In this document: in pieces, positions 36,584-45,655 of the stretch
Layout: every line of letters starts with the position of its first letter
Position numbering within the stretch: the first letter of the stretch is position 1
NCBI GenBank assembly: GCA_040400515.1
Contig: JBBAQB010000001.1
Coordinates: forward strand, 139,131-203,130
Direction of reading: 5' to 3'
Origin: Ferruginibacter sp.
GTDB lineage: Bacteria > Bacteroidota > Bacteroidia > Chitinophagales > Chitinophagaceae
Length of the DNA stretch: 64,000 bases
Translations under genes and position numbers: made by a program
The notes under the pieces: model-generated
What the model saw: only the letters and a program-made list of their open reading frames with translations
What the model was told of the DNA's origin: nothing
Databases searched by the model: none

Positions 36584-37924
36584 ATGAAACAAAAACTTAC
36601 GCTATTACTTTCATTTCTGGTTGTAGTTGCTTGTGCATCTGCACAAATGATGAATAGCAAATTTTCTTCTTCAAAAAAAGGAGAATTATTAGGAATTCAC
36701 TTTAATTCGCTTGACATCAAAACTCCGGTAACTTTAAAAAATTCCGCAGGTACTAGGGCGTTTACAAGAATTGATGATATGGACTTTGGCCTTTCACTTT
36801 CTTATTGGAAAGGTCTTACAAAGACGATTGATTTTTCTACAAGAGCTGGTTTAATATTTCATGATTATGCTGCTGAAGATAGAGGAGATTTAAACTCGGG
36901 TTCACAGCAAATTGGTGCTGAGTTGGAGCCTACTTTAAATTTTAGACCCTATGGAGATGACGCTTTACTTTCTCCATTCATCACTGCAGGTGTAGGTGGT
37001 GGTTATTACACCGGTAAGTTTGGAGCTTATTTACCTGCGGGTCTTGGTGTTCAATTAAACTTAATGAGCAATACATATGTTTTAGTACAAACGCAGTATC
37101 GTTTTGCTTTAACCAAAGAAGTATTAAAAGATAATATTTTTTATTCGTTAGGCATAGCTCAAAATATTTCAAAGCAAAAGCCTGTGGTAATAGCACCACC
37201 GCCACCTCCTGTTGTTATTGATCGTGATGGTGATGGTGTATTAGATGCTGATGATAAATGTCCGGATGTAGCAGGTTTGGCTGCTTTACAAGGTTGTCCT
37301 GATAAAGACGGTGATGGTATAGCTGACGGAGATGATAAATGTCCTGATGTTGCAGGTCTTGCAAAATACCAAGGTTGTCCAATACCTGATACTGATGGAG
37401 ACGGGATTAATGACGAGCAGGACAAATGTCCTACTGTAAAAGGTTTAGCTCGTTACCAAGGTTGCCCTATACCGGATACTGATGGTGACGGTGTAAACGA
37501 CGAAGAAGATAAATGCCCTACTCGTGTAGGTCCGGCTAGCAACCAGGGTTGCCCGGTAATTGCAAAAGAAGTAGTTGAGAAAATTAACTTCGCAGCAAAA
37601 AATGTTTTCTTTGCAACAGGTAGCTTTAAATTACTTCCGAAATCATTTACGTCTTTAGATGAAGTTGTGAAACTTTTAAAAGAAGACGAAACATTAGTGA
37701 TAGATATTGATGGTCACACAGACGCACAAGGTTCTGACGAAAGCAATCAAGTTCTTTCTGACAACCGTGCAGGTGCAGTTAAAACTTATTTAGCTGGAAA
37801 AGGGATTGCTGATTCTCGTTTAAAATCTGCAGGATACGGCGAAACAAAGCCGGTAGCTGATAATACAACAGCTGCGGGCCGTGCAAAAAACAGAAGAACA
37901 GAAATGACAGTTAGAAATTTCTAA
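36584..37924 (+). CDS. OmpA-family outer-membrane protein with thrombospondin type-3 (Ca-binding) repeats
   Basis: 446-aa ORF with a signal peptide, a beta-barrel-like N-domain, a PPPPP hinge, four D.DGDG..D..DKCP repeats and a C-terminal OmpA domain (GHTD..GS...N..LS..RA..V..YL ... NRRTE). Confidence 0.9.
   Translation: MKQKLTLLLSFLVVVACASAQMMNSKFSSSKKGELLGIHFNSLDIKTPVTLKNSAGTRAFTRIDDMDFGLSLSYWKGLTKTIDFSTRAGLIFHDYAAEDRGDLNSGSQQIGAELEPTLNFRPYGDDALLSPFITAGVGGGYYTGKFGAYLPAGLGVQLNLMSNTYVLVQTQYRFALTKEVLKDNIFYSLGIAQNISKQKPVVIAPPPPPVVIDRDGDGVLDADDKCPDVAGLAALQGCPDKDGDGIADGDDKCPDVAGLAKYQGCPIPDTDGDGINDEQDKCPTVKGLARYQGCPIPDTDGDGVNDEEDKCPTRVGPASNQGCPVIAKEVVEKINFAAKNVFFATGSFKLLPKSFTSLDEVVKLLKEDETLVIDIDGHTDAQGSDESNQVLSDNRAGAVKTYLAGKGIADSRLKSAGYGETKPVADNTTAAGRAKNRRTEMTVRNF
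37220..37555 (+). repeat. Four tandem ~75-84-nt coding repeats (TSP3 modules) inside the OmpA gene
   Basis: There are repeated DNA and peptide units: DGDGVLDADDKCPDVAGLAALQGCP, DGDGIADGDDKCPDVAGLAKYQGCP, DGDGINDEQDKCPTVKGLARYQGCP and DGDGVNDEEDKCPTRVGPASNQGCP. Confidence 0.85.
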
Positions 37925-37940
37925 ATAAAAGTATTATAAC

Positions 37941-37980
37941 AAAAAGCCCCATTCAATCTTTTGAATGGGGCTTTTTGTTG
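37941..37980 (+). terminator. Intrinsic terminator of the OmpA-family gene
   Basis: Perfect 16-bp stem AAAAAGCCCCATTCAA / TTGAATGGGGCTTTTT with a 4-nt loop and a T-rich tail, 17 nt after the stop. Confidence 0.9.
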
Positions 37981-38098
37981 GTTTCAACTTTACTTATGCT
38001 TTTTACGGTAAAGACCCTAACCCATGTTACTGTAAAACGTATAGGCTTAAGAATATGCATTGTAAATATGCAAAAAGGGAGATAGTGTGTAGGTTGAA

Positions 38099-38106
38099 TA
38101 TATTTG
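38099..38106 (+). promoter_or_regulatory. -7 box (TAnnTTTG) candidate for yceI-like gene
   Basis: TATATTTG lies 75 nt upstream of ATG 38181. Confidence 0.35.
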
Positions 38107-38180
38107 CGGTGGAACAACCTGTAATTGTTAATATTTTTTATTGGCTCTGTGCATGAATTTTTTGGGTGTAATTTTAAACA

Positions 38181-38720
38181 ATGAAAAATATATTTCTAGG
38201 TATTATGCTTTTTTCATGCTTAGTTGCAAAAGCGCAAATTTACCTTCCAATTGATGAGGGAAGTAAATTTCATTTTGTTATAAAAAACTTCGGTATTAGT
38301 ACCGGGGGAGATTTAACCGGAGTAAAGGGTAAGATAACTTTTGATGCAAAGAAACCGACTGCTTGTTTTTTTGACGTAACAGTTGCAGTAGCCACCATAG
38401 ATACAGATAATGGAAAGCGAGATACCCATTTAAAAAGGGAAGAATATTTTGACGCAGAAAAATACCCCGTAATACATTTGGTAAGTTCTAAGATTGAACC
38501 CGGCGCAGACTTGAAACATTTTATTTTTAAAGGAAATATTACCATAAAAAATAGTACACGGCCTGTTGAGTTTATTTTTATGGCCGAAGGAAAAAATGGA
38601 GGCGCTTTATTTACCGGATCATTTGAATTGAACAGAATTGATTTTGGAATAGGAAAAGAAAGTATAAGTCTTTCAAATAAAGTGAAAATTGGTATAAATG
38701 CCTTCGCAAAGGCTCAATAA
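38181..38720 (+). CDS. YceI-family periplasmic polyisoprenoid-binding protein
   Basis: 179-aa ORF with a signal peptide. ATIDTDNGKRDTHLKREEYFDAEKYPVIHLVS matches the YceI core motif (S..T....RD.HL.....F....P...F.S). Confidence 0.8.
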   Translation: MKNIFLGIMLFSCLVAKAQIYLPIDEGSKFHFVIKNFGISTGGDLTGVKGKITFDAKKPTACFFDVTVAVATIDTDNGKRDTHLKREEYFDAEKYPVIHLVSSKIEPGADLKHFIFKGNITIKNSTRPVEFIFMAEGKNGGALFTGSFELNRIDFGIGKESISLSNKVKIGINAFAKAQ

Positions 38721-38866
38721 TTTTTTGTTTGATTAGAAGTGCCCCTTTGCAAAGAAGGTACTTTATTACACACTCATTGCACAACTTAAGCCAAATGACA
38801 TTGTTTTAAAGATAGCTGTGGCGTAATTGTTTAATGACGTAATATTGCCAACTGTTTTTAATTACA

Positions 38867-39574
38867 ATGATAAAGCTAATAAAAATATTTTCGTGGGGCT
38901 TAATGATTAGTTTCCTTGGGTCTTTACCTCTTGGTACACTCAATGTTGCAGCTATGCAAATTGGTATACAGGAAGGTGTTAAGAATGCATTATTGTTTTC
39001 GCTCGGATCTATGCTCGTAGAAATGATTTATGTGCGTATTTCACTTATTGGGATAGATTGGATAAGGAAGCAGGAAAAATTGATGAAAGTGATGGAGTGG
39101 GTAACTTTTGCAATTGTAGTGGCACTTGCCATTGGTAGTTTTATGGCTGTAGTAAAAGGTGGTGCCAATGCAAAAAACCCAATACTTGATAATGGCATGA
39201 ACAGGTTTTTATTGGGTGCACTTGGTTGCGCCATTAATCCGGTGGTAGTTTTATTCTGGTTTGGATGGAGCACTGTTCTGTTTACGAAAAAAATATTGGA
39301 ACCTGTAAATGCACAGTACAACAGTTATATTGTTGGTATAGGGCTAGGCGCTTTAATAGGCAATTGTGTTTTTATTTTTGGTGGAAACTTTCTTTATAGA
39401 GAAATAGCCAATGCGCAAGATTATATGAACTGGTTTATAGGAGCAATATTTGCACTTACTGCCATTATACAGTTGATAAAAATTCTTCGCCATAAAAGTG
39501 CAGCTTCTAAAATATCGCACTTAGATAGTGACGATCCTGCATTAGCTATAAAGAGTAAAGACGAGGGGCTTTAA
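38867..39574 (+). CDS. LysE-type translocator family membrane protein
   Basis: 235-aa ORF with about 6 TM segments and a LysE-like N-terminus (GSLPLGTLNVAAMQIG). Confidence 0.5.
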   Translation: MIKLIKIFSWGLMISFLGSLPLGTLNVAAMQIGIQEGVKNALLFSLGSMLVEMIYVRISLIGIDWIRKQEKLMKVMEWVTFAIVVALAIGSFMAVVKGGANAKNPILDNGMNRFLLGALGCAINPVVVLFWFGWSTVLFTKKILEPVNAQYNSYIVGIGLGALIGNCVFIFGGNFLYREIANAQDYMNWFIGAIFALTAIIQLIKILRHKSAASKISHLDSDDPALAIKSKDEGL

Positions 39575-39598
39575 TTTATAATAAAATCAACCCAAGTT

Positions 39599-40915
39599 TT
39601 AGCTTTCCATTTCCAACGCCCATTTATCCCTTTCATCAGGGCTTAGCTTCCATGGGGCATAGTTGGTTTCAATATTGGTAAACATTCCGTTCCACTCTTG
39701 CGGAGCATTGCTGTCTTCCATAATAAGACTACGGCGCAATTCTATAATTATTTCCAAAGGGTTTATGCTCACCGGGCAGGCTTCTACACATGCATTGCAG
39801 GTGGTGCAGGCACGTAGTTCTTCCACAGATATGTAATTGTTCAACAACATTTTTCCATCGTCTACAAACGAGCCGTTCTTTTCTATATTTTTTCCCACCT
39901 CTTGCAAGCGGTCTCTGGTATCCATCATTATTTTTCGAGGGCTCAATAACTTGCCGGTCATATTTGCAGGGCAGGCAGATGTGCAACGCCCACATTCTGT
40001 ACAGGAATAAGCACCCATCAGGCTTGTCCATTTTAAATCGAAAATATCTTTTGCACCAAACTTCATTGGGGCAGCCGCATCCGTCGGCGCAAGCTCTGGC
40101 TGCATCATGTATTTTACTTCGTTTTGTACACTTACCATGTTATCCAGTTCGCCCTGTGGTACTACACGGCCATAATAGGAATTCGGAAAAGCAAGACCAA
40201 TATGTAGGTGTTTGCTGTAAGGCAGGTAATTTAAAAAAGCTAAAATGCCAATGATGTGTATCCACCAGCTTGCTCTTTCAATAATTATTAATGAACTCGC
40301 AGATACATCATTAAATAATGGAGCAATAAAACCCGAAATAATAAAACTGCCTGTTTCTCTGTAGTGTTCACTGCCCTGAAGCTGCAATGCTCGGTCAGTT
40401 GCATTCATTAATAAAAACAACGACATTAATATAATTTCTACAACTAAAATGATATTTGCATCTGTGCGTGGCCATCCATTTAAATCCTTACTAACAAAGC
40501 GTTTCAGTTTTATGATATTTCTTCTTGCCAAAAAAACTACGCACACTGCCAGTACACCAAAAGCAAGTATTTCAAAGAAGTTTATGACAAAAGTATATAG
40601 CGCACCTAATGATCCTAAAAATAAACGGTGCGTACCCAAAATACCGTCTAATAAAATTTCCAGTACTTCAATATTTATGATAATAAAACCCGCATAAATA
40701 ATAAAGTGCATAATGGCAACAGGTTTGTTTTTAAACATTTTTTTTTGCCCTAAAGCGAGTAATAACAGGTTACGCCAGCGTTGAGGCTTGTTATCGCTCA
40801 CATCTTCTGCTTTACCCAAAAAGATATTCTTTCTTATTCTTATTATATTTTTTGTAAAAAGCCAGACTGAAAAAGCCAGTAGCAACACGAATATAATTTG
40901 TGGGATATAATGCAT
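39599..40915 (-). CDS. Membrane-anchored (Fe-S)-binding protein, heterodisulfide-reductase-related
   Basis: It has an N-terminal multi-TM region and two ferredoxin-type clusters (CTECGRCTSACP and CTTCNACVEACP). The start is probably the internal Met at 40915 (MHYIPQIIFVLLL) rather than the track's 40987. Confidence 0.8.
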   Translation of the reverse strand: MHYIPQIIFVLLLAFSVWLFTKNIIRIRKNIFLGKAEDVSDNKPQRWRNLLLLALGQKKMFKNKPVAIMHFIIYAGFIIINIEVLEILLDGILGTHRLFLGSLGALYTFVINFFEILAFGVLAVCVVFLARRNIIKLKRFVSKDLNGWPRTDANIILVVEIILMSLFLLMNATDRALQLQGSEHYRETGSFIISGFIAPLFNDVSASSLIIIERASWWIHIIGILAFLNYLPYSKHLHIGLAFPNSYYGRVVPQGELDNMVSVQNEVKYMMQPELAPTDAAAPMKFGAKDIFDLKWTSLMGAYSCTECGRCTSACPANMTGKLLSPRKIMMDTRDRLQEVGKNIEKNGSFVDDGKMLLNNYISVEELRACTTCNACVEACPVSINPLEIIIELRRSLIMEDSNAPQEWNGMFTNIETNYAPWKLSPDERDKWALEMES

Positions 40916-41129
40916 AAAAATTATTAAGTAGCGTAAAGTTAAAACAATTGGGGTATTGATGGTTTGGCAACAAAAATAACCAACCACTATCAGTTACTAA
41001 AAAAGGAATTATGTAAATGGCGAATTTTGGTGCAGTTAAAAATTAAATATAGCTATGGCAGAAACTAACAGCAGATTGTGGTATTTTGCAAATGGGTAGC
41101 TCCAAGTAACTTTTTTTTAAAATTTCATT

Positions 41130-41618
41130 ATGATTTTAAGCGCATCATCAGCAAATAAGAAACTCAGACGCATGGCACTGGAAATTGCAGAACGCAATGA
41201 AGGCAGCAGCGAAATAATAATTATTGGTATAAAAGAAAATGGAATTTTTATAGCAAATAAAATCGAAGAATATTTGCAGCCTGTTTATTCAGGTTTTATA
41301 AAAACAATTGCTCTATCCATCAACAAAAAAAATCCTGATGAAGTAATATTAAGCGAAGAGGTTGAGTTAAATAACAAACTTATTTTGTTGGTAGACGATG
41401 TGGCAAATAGTGGCCGAACAATGTTATATGCCCTGAGACCTTTGCTGCAGCACTATCCATCACAAATACAAACACTTGTTCTTGTTGAACGGACCCATAA
41501 GCTTTTTCCAATAGCACTAAACTATGTGGGGCTCTCTCTTTCTACAACAGAAGAAGAAAATATCGTTGTAACGGTAGTGGGTGGAGAAGTCACGGGAGCT
41601 AATGTGGTAGTTGAGTAA
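41130..41618 (+). CDS. Phosphoribosyltransferase (PyrR-like, type I PRTase)
   Basis: 162-aa ORF with the PRPP-binding loop LILLVDDVANSGRTM. Confidence 0.75.
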   Translation: MILSASSANKKLRRMALEIAERNEGSSEIIIIGIKENGIFIANKIEEYLQPVYSGFIKTIALSINKKNPDEVILSEEVELNNKLILLVDDVANSGRTMLYALRPLLQHYPSQIQTLVLVERTHKLFPIALNYVGLSLSTTEEENIVVTVVGGEVTGANVVVE

Positions 41619-41648
41619 ATAAAATTTTCTATTATTTAAAACAATGAT

Positions 41649-43814
41649 ATGCGCAGTTTAAATTTGTTGGTCGTATTTATTTTTTGTGGTCTTGTAAGTC
41701 ATGCAGATGAGGGAATGTGGTTGCCCCAATTATTGGGTAAACTAAACGAAAGCCGTATGAAAAGTTTAGGCATGAAAATAAGTGCTGATGACATTTACAG
41801 CATAAACCATGGCAGCCTTAAAGATGCGGTAGTAAGTTTTGGCGGTTTTTGCACAGGCGATGTAATATCTTCAAAAGGACTTGTGCTCACCAATCACCAT
41901 TGCAGGTTCGATGCTATCCAAAATCATTCAACGCTGGAAAATAATTACATACGAGACGGGTTTTGGTCGAAAAATAATGCTGAGGAAATTCCAAATAAAG
42001 GCTTGTTTGTAACTTTTATCGTGAGAATAGATGATGTGAGCAAGGCAGCGATGGAAGGCGTTACAAAAACCATGACGGAGGGTGAGCGGCAATCGCTCAT
42101 TGACAAAAATTTAATGGCAATTATAAAAAAATCAAAAAAGGAAACTACCCAGCAAAGTTTTACAAGAGGATTTTTTGAAAATAACCAATACTATCTTTTT
42201 GTAACAGAAACATACAATGATGTGCGGCTTGTAGGTGCGCCACCATCAGCCATCGGAAATTTTGGTAAAGACACAGATAACTGGGTGTGGCCAAGGCATA
42301 CGGGTGATTTTTCAATGTTTAGAATTTATGCAAGTAAGGATAATAAACCTGCACCCTACTCTTTAGATAATATTCCTTACACGCCAAAGAAATCTTTTAA
42401 TATTTCGTTGGATGGTATTGCAGAAAATGATTTTACCATGGTATTTGGCTTCCCTGGTAGAACAACTGAATATTTATACAGCGGTGCTGTAGAGCAAATA
42501 AGATCAATAAACGATCCGGCAAAAATTGCCATAAGAGATAAAGCACTTAGCATTATAGATGGCTTTATGCGCAAAGATGAAAGTATAAAAATAAAATATG
42601 CAGCCAAGTATGCGGGCATACAAAATGCTTACAAAAAATGGCAAGGAGAAGTACTCGGTCTCACAAGAACTGATGGCGTGGGCAAAAAGAAACTACAGGA
42701 AGCTGAGTTTCAAAAGACGGTAGATGCTAATCCTGCTTTCAAAGAGAAATACGGCATGCTGTTAAATGAATTGCAGGTCGCTTACAATAAAACCAGTTCG
42801 TTAGGTCTTGCCCGAGATTACTACACAGAAATAACATCTAAAATAGAGTTGCTCACAATTGCTGCGCAGCTAAATACACTTCTTACGGCATTTGAAAAAA
42901 ATGGTGAAAAAGGTTACAATGAAAGACTGCCACAGGTAAAAGCAATGCTGGCAGATTTTTTACCTGAATTTAGTAAAGAGGTAGATAAAAAATTAATGGA
43001 GGCGTTGTTGGAAATGTATGTAAAAAACCAACCCGAAAATATGGTTGCACCCCTTGCAGGGCAATACAGTGTTGATATGATAAAAGCGACCGATATGCTT
43101 TACAATGATGAAAGATTTTATGATTCTGCAAAGCTTTTTACGCTTTTAAATGGAGACAGGGAAGTTGTTTTAAACTTTATAAAAGATGCGGCGGTTGTAA
43201 TGTTGTACAAGGATATGTTAAGTACTTATCAAACAATTGTTCAAAAAGATTTAAACGCACTACAGGTCAATATTAATATAGCGCAGCGTACTTACATGCA
43301 AGCACAGATGGACGCGTTTAAAGAGAAAACTTTTTACCCTGATGCGAACAGTACCCTTAGGCTCACTTATGGTAAAGTGCAGGGTTATACTGCAAGAGAT
43401 GCAGTAAAATACAGTTATGCTACAAATCTTGATGGCCTAATGGAAAAGTACAAGCCCGGCGATTATGAATTTGATGTGCCGGTGAAACTGCAAACGCTTT
43501 ATAAAACAAAAGATTACGGCCAATACGGCAACAAAGGTAAAATGCCGGTTTGTTTTATAGCCACAAATCACACAACAGGAGGTAACAGCGGCAGCCCTGC
43601 GTTGGATGCTTATGGGAATTTGATAGGTTTAAACTTTGACCGTGCTTGGGAAGGTACAATGAGTGATATAAATTACGATGCTTCTATTTGCCGGAATATT
43701 ATGGTTGATGTTCGTTATGTGTTGTTTATCATTGACAAATTTGCCGGTGCAGAAAGGCTTATTAAAGAAATGAACCTGGTGCACCCAAAAAATAGCAAAA
43801 AAAGGGTTAAATAA
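41649..43814 (+). CDS. S46-family dipeptidyl-peptidase (DPP7/DPP11-like)
   Basis: 721-aa ORF with a signal peptide followed by DEGMWLP. The catalytic blocks are LTNHHC and TTGGNSGSP, separated by a large helical insert typical of S46. Confidence 0.9.
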   Translation: MRSLNLLVVFIFCGLVSHADEGMWLPQLLGKLNESRMKSLGMKISADDIYSINHGSLKDAVVSFGGFCTGDVISSKGLVLTNHHCRFDAIQNHSTLENNYIRDGFWSKNNAEEIPNKGLFVTFIVRIDDVSKAAMEGVTKTMTEGERQSLIDKNLMAIIKKSKKETTQQSFTRGFFENNQYYLFVTETYNDVRLVGAPPSAIGNFGKDTDNWVWPRHTGDFSMFRIYASKDNKPAPYSLDNIPYTPKKSFNISLDGIAENDFTMVFGFPGRTTEYLYSGAVEQIRSINDPAKIAIRDKALSIIDGFMRKDESIKIKYAAKYAGIQNAYKKWQGEVLGLTRTDGVGKKKLQEAEFQKTVDANPAFKEKYGMLLNELQVAYNKTSSLGLARDYYTEITSKIELLTIAAQLNTLLTAFEKNGEKGYNERLPQVKAMLADFLPEFSKEVDKKLMEALLEMYVKNQPENMVAPLAGQYSVDMIKATDMLYNDERFYDSAKLFTLLNGDREVVLNFIKDAAVVMLYKDMLSTYQTIVQKDLNALQVNINIAQRTYMQAQMDAFKEKTFYPDANSTLRLTYGKVQGYTARDAVKYSYATNLDGLMEKYKPGDYEFDVPVKLQTLYKTKDYGQYGNKGKMPVCFIATNHTTGGNSGSPALDAYGNLIGLNFDRAWEGTMSDINYDASICRNIMVDVRYVLFIIDKFAGAERLIKEMNLVHPKNSKKRVK

Positions 43815-43935
43815 TTTTAATATTTCGCTTTTTTTAAACCCGAATTGATCTGTTATTTGTAATTAAAGTTTTTGCATAATTTTACTTATCTTTTAAAATT
43901 AATTAGCCTACTTTCGTCCACCGGATAACCTGTTA

Positions 43936-44342
43936 ACGACGATATTAATATTTTTTAGCCGACGATGCTGCCGATGACAGATTTGTTTTTGAAGCCGCTT
44001 TGATGGATGTAAGAAAAGATATAAAAATAACGACAGCTATTAACGGAGAACAGTTAATGACTGATTTAGATACAAAGACACTTCCGGTTCCCTATTTAGT
44101 ATTTTTACACCTGAATACGTCTTTTAAAAAATGGTCCGGATTGTTTTTGTGAAATAAAGGCAAACAATGGTTTTCAAAATGTGCCTGTTATAATATTTTC
44201 AACATTTTGCCAAAAGGAAACGATGGACGAAGTGTACGCAAAAGGGCAAATTATTTATTTGGTAAAAGATTTGATTAATTTTAAGAAATACTTTTTATGC
44301 AGCAGTCTACTCAAAACATTCCCACCGAAGTTTCAAAATTGA
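43936..44342 (+). pseudogene. Decayed CheY-like receiver-domain gene (frameshifted, no start codon)
   Basis: Three frames join into a receiver domain: TTILIFF | ADDAADDRFVFEAALMDVRKDIKITTAINGEQLMTDL..LPVPYLVFLHLNTSFK | NGPDCFCEIKANNGFQNVPVIIFSTFCQKETMDEVYAKGQIIYLVKD. The frame switches fall at a T6 run (43951-56) and an A6 run (44126-31). The phospho-acceptor D is replaced by H, and there is no ATG. Confidence 0.6.
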
Positions 44343-44545
44343 CGCATCAGATTTTTAAGGATGAAACTACTCATGCAAAAGTGAGAAAGCATCTATCAGA
44401 TATTGAAGACATAATTACCGATGAAGATATTGCAAAAATGGTTACGGAAATGTCTCCTGTTACAGAGGAAGAGTTTAGAAAAGTAGCGCATGAGGAAGGG
44501 TTTTCTGACAGTGAAATTGACACTATTAAAAATGCAAGAAATTAA
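44297..44545 (+). CDS. Hypothetical acidic 82-aa protein (uncertain)
   Basis: ATG-initiated ORF that overlaps the tail of the receiver pseudogene and, by 20 nt, the convergent downstream gene. No recognisable motifs. Confidence 0.3.
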   Translation: MQQSTQNIPTEVSKLTHQIFKDETTHAKVRKHLSDIEDIITDEDIAKMVTEMSPVTEEEFRKVAHEEGFSDSEIDTIKNARN

Positions 44546-45551
44546 ATTTCAAACCATTTTTAGAATACTCCAGTGATGGCATCGGAAACTTAAATATATT
44601 CAGAATATTTAGGGCCATCTTAATTCCTTTTTTCTTTGTTTTAATTCTAGATAAATCAATATCTGGTGCTAGGTACCATTGTCTAAAACGTTGCACATCA
44701 GGCCTTGAAAATGTTGTGTTCCCCAATTTATCCGTACCATAATTGCTATTTGCTCCAAAAAGTCCCTCAGCTCCTGTACCAACAGATATTTGAAACCATT
44801 CGGGTATTTTACTGTTAGGGAAAAATGGTTTTAACGTAGTGCTTAGCCAGTAAGTTTGTCCATTGTAATCTTTTAAGAAACGCTCAGGTTCACTCTTGCC
44901 AAATAATTCGTTGCTTCTTACATTCAGGCTATTGTCTTTATACGATTTTCTGTGAAAGGAGAATTTAAATTGAATACGCTGTTCGTCCCAGGCAAATTCT
45001 TGTGCAACCAATAAACTACTTCCTGCTAAATTTGCTGCAAAATCTCCCCAACTCCAACCCCATTCTGAGCTAAAACCGTCTAGTGTCTCAATAACAGTTT
45101 GATATGCAGCTCCACTAAAACCACCTAATAAAATTCTTTTTTTACGGTTTATTCCTGTCCATCGCCAAAGCTCCATACTTGCCTTGCTTTCTGCATATGC
45201 ACCGTAAGCATGTCCTATTTTATCTATTTGCAACCATTCTCCATTATCATTAAAAAAATGAAAATTGCTTTGAGGATAATCCTTGTACCATGTGGCATAA
45301 AGACCAACCATACCTATACTGTAAAGCGATGCATTTGCAATAGCTACACCTCGTACTCTTTTTTTATTAAAAGGGTAAGCGTATTGTTCTGTTTTTGTAT
45401 TAAAAACAGGAGTATTTTGTACAGAAAAAATTGTTGTATCTAAATTATTTGGCGCAGTAATAATACTCGTGTCTTGACCATAGCCCTTTGCTGCGTGCCA
45501 AGTAGCATAAAGGAGGAATACAGTACATTTTAAATTGAAAAAATATTTCAC
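44526..45551 (-). CDS. DUF2279-like (YfiM-type) envelope protein
   Basis: 341-aa ORF with a signal-like N-terminus. WLQIDKIGHAYGAY and the aromatic/Gly-rich segments resemble DUF2279 as I recall it. Confidence 0.5.
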   Translation of the reverse strand: MKYFFNLKCTVFLLYATWHAAKGYGQDTSIITAPNNLDTTIFSVQNTPVFNTKTEQYAYPFNKKRVRGVAIANASLYSIGMVGLYATWYKDYPQSNFHFFNDNGEWLQIDKIGHAYGAYAESKASMELWRWTGINRKKRILLGGFSGAAYQTVIETLDGFSSEWGWSWGDFAANLAGSSLLVAQEFAWDEQRIQFKFSFHRKSYKDNSLNVRSNELFGKSEPERFLKDYNGQTYWLSTTLKPFFPNSKIPEWFQISVGTGAEGLFGANSNYGTDKLGNTTFSRPDVQRFRQWYLAPDIDLSRIKTKKKGIKMALNILNIFKFPMPSLEYSKNGLKFNFLHF

Positions 45552-45625
45552 AGAGAATGTAAGACCGTTTAAATTTTATATGATAAAACAAAATTAGCAG
45601 TTATAATAGTATCAAGTACGAATAT

Positions 45626-45633
45626 TATATTTG
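45626..45633 (+). promoter_or_regulatory. -7 box (TAnnTTTG) for the phosphosugar mutase gene
   Basis: TATATTTG lies 23 nt upstream of ATG 45656. Confidence 0.5.
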
Positions 45634-45655
45634 TGCAGATGTTAAAACATATGAT

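Noticed and set aside
37965-38156. 63-aa ORF between the OmpA terminator and yceI
   Set aside because: It starts inside the terminator stem, has no motifs, and the region contains a promoter-like box for yceI. It is treated as non-coding.
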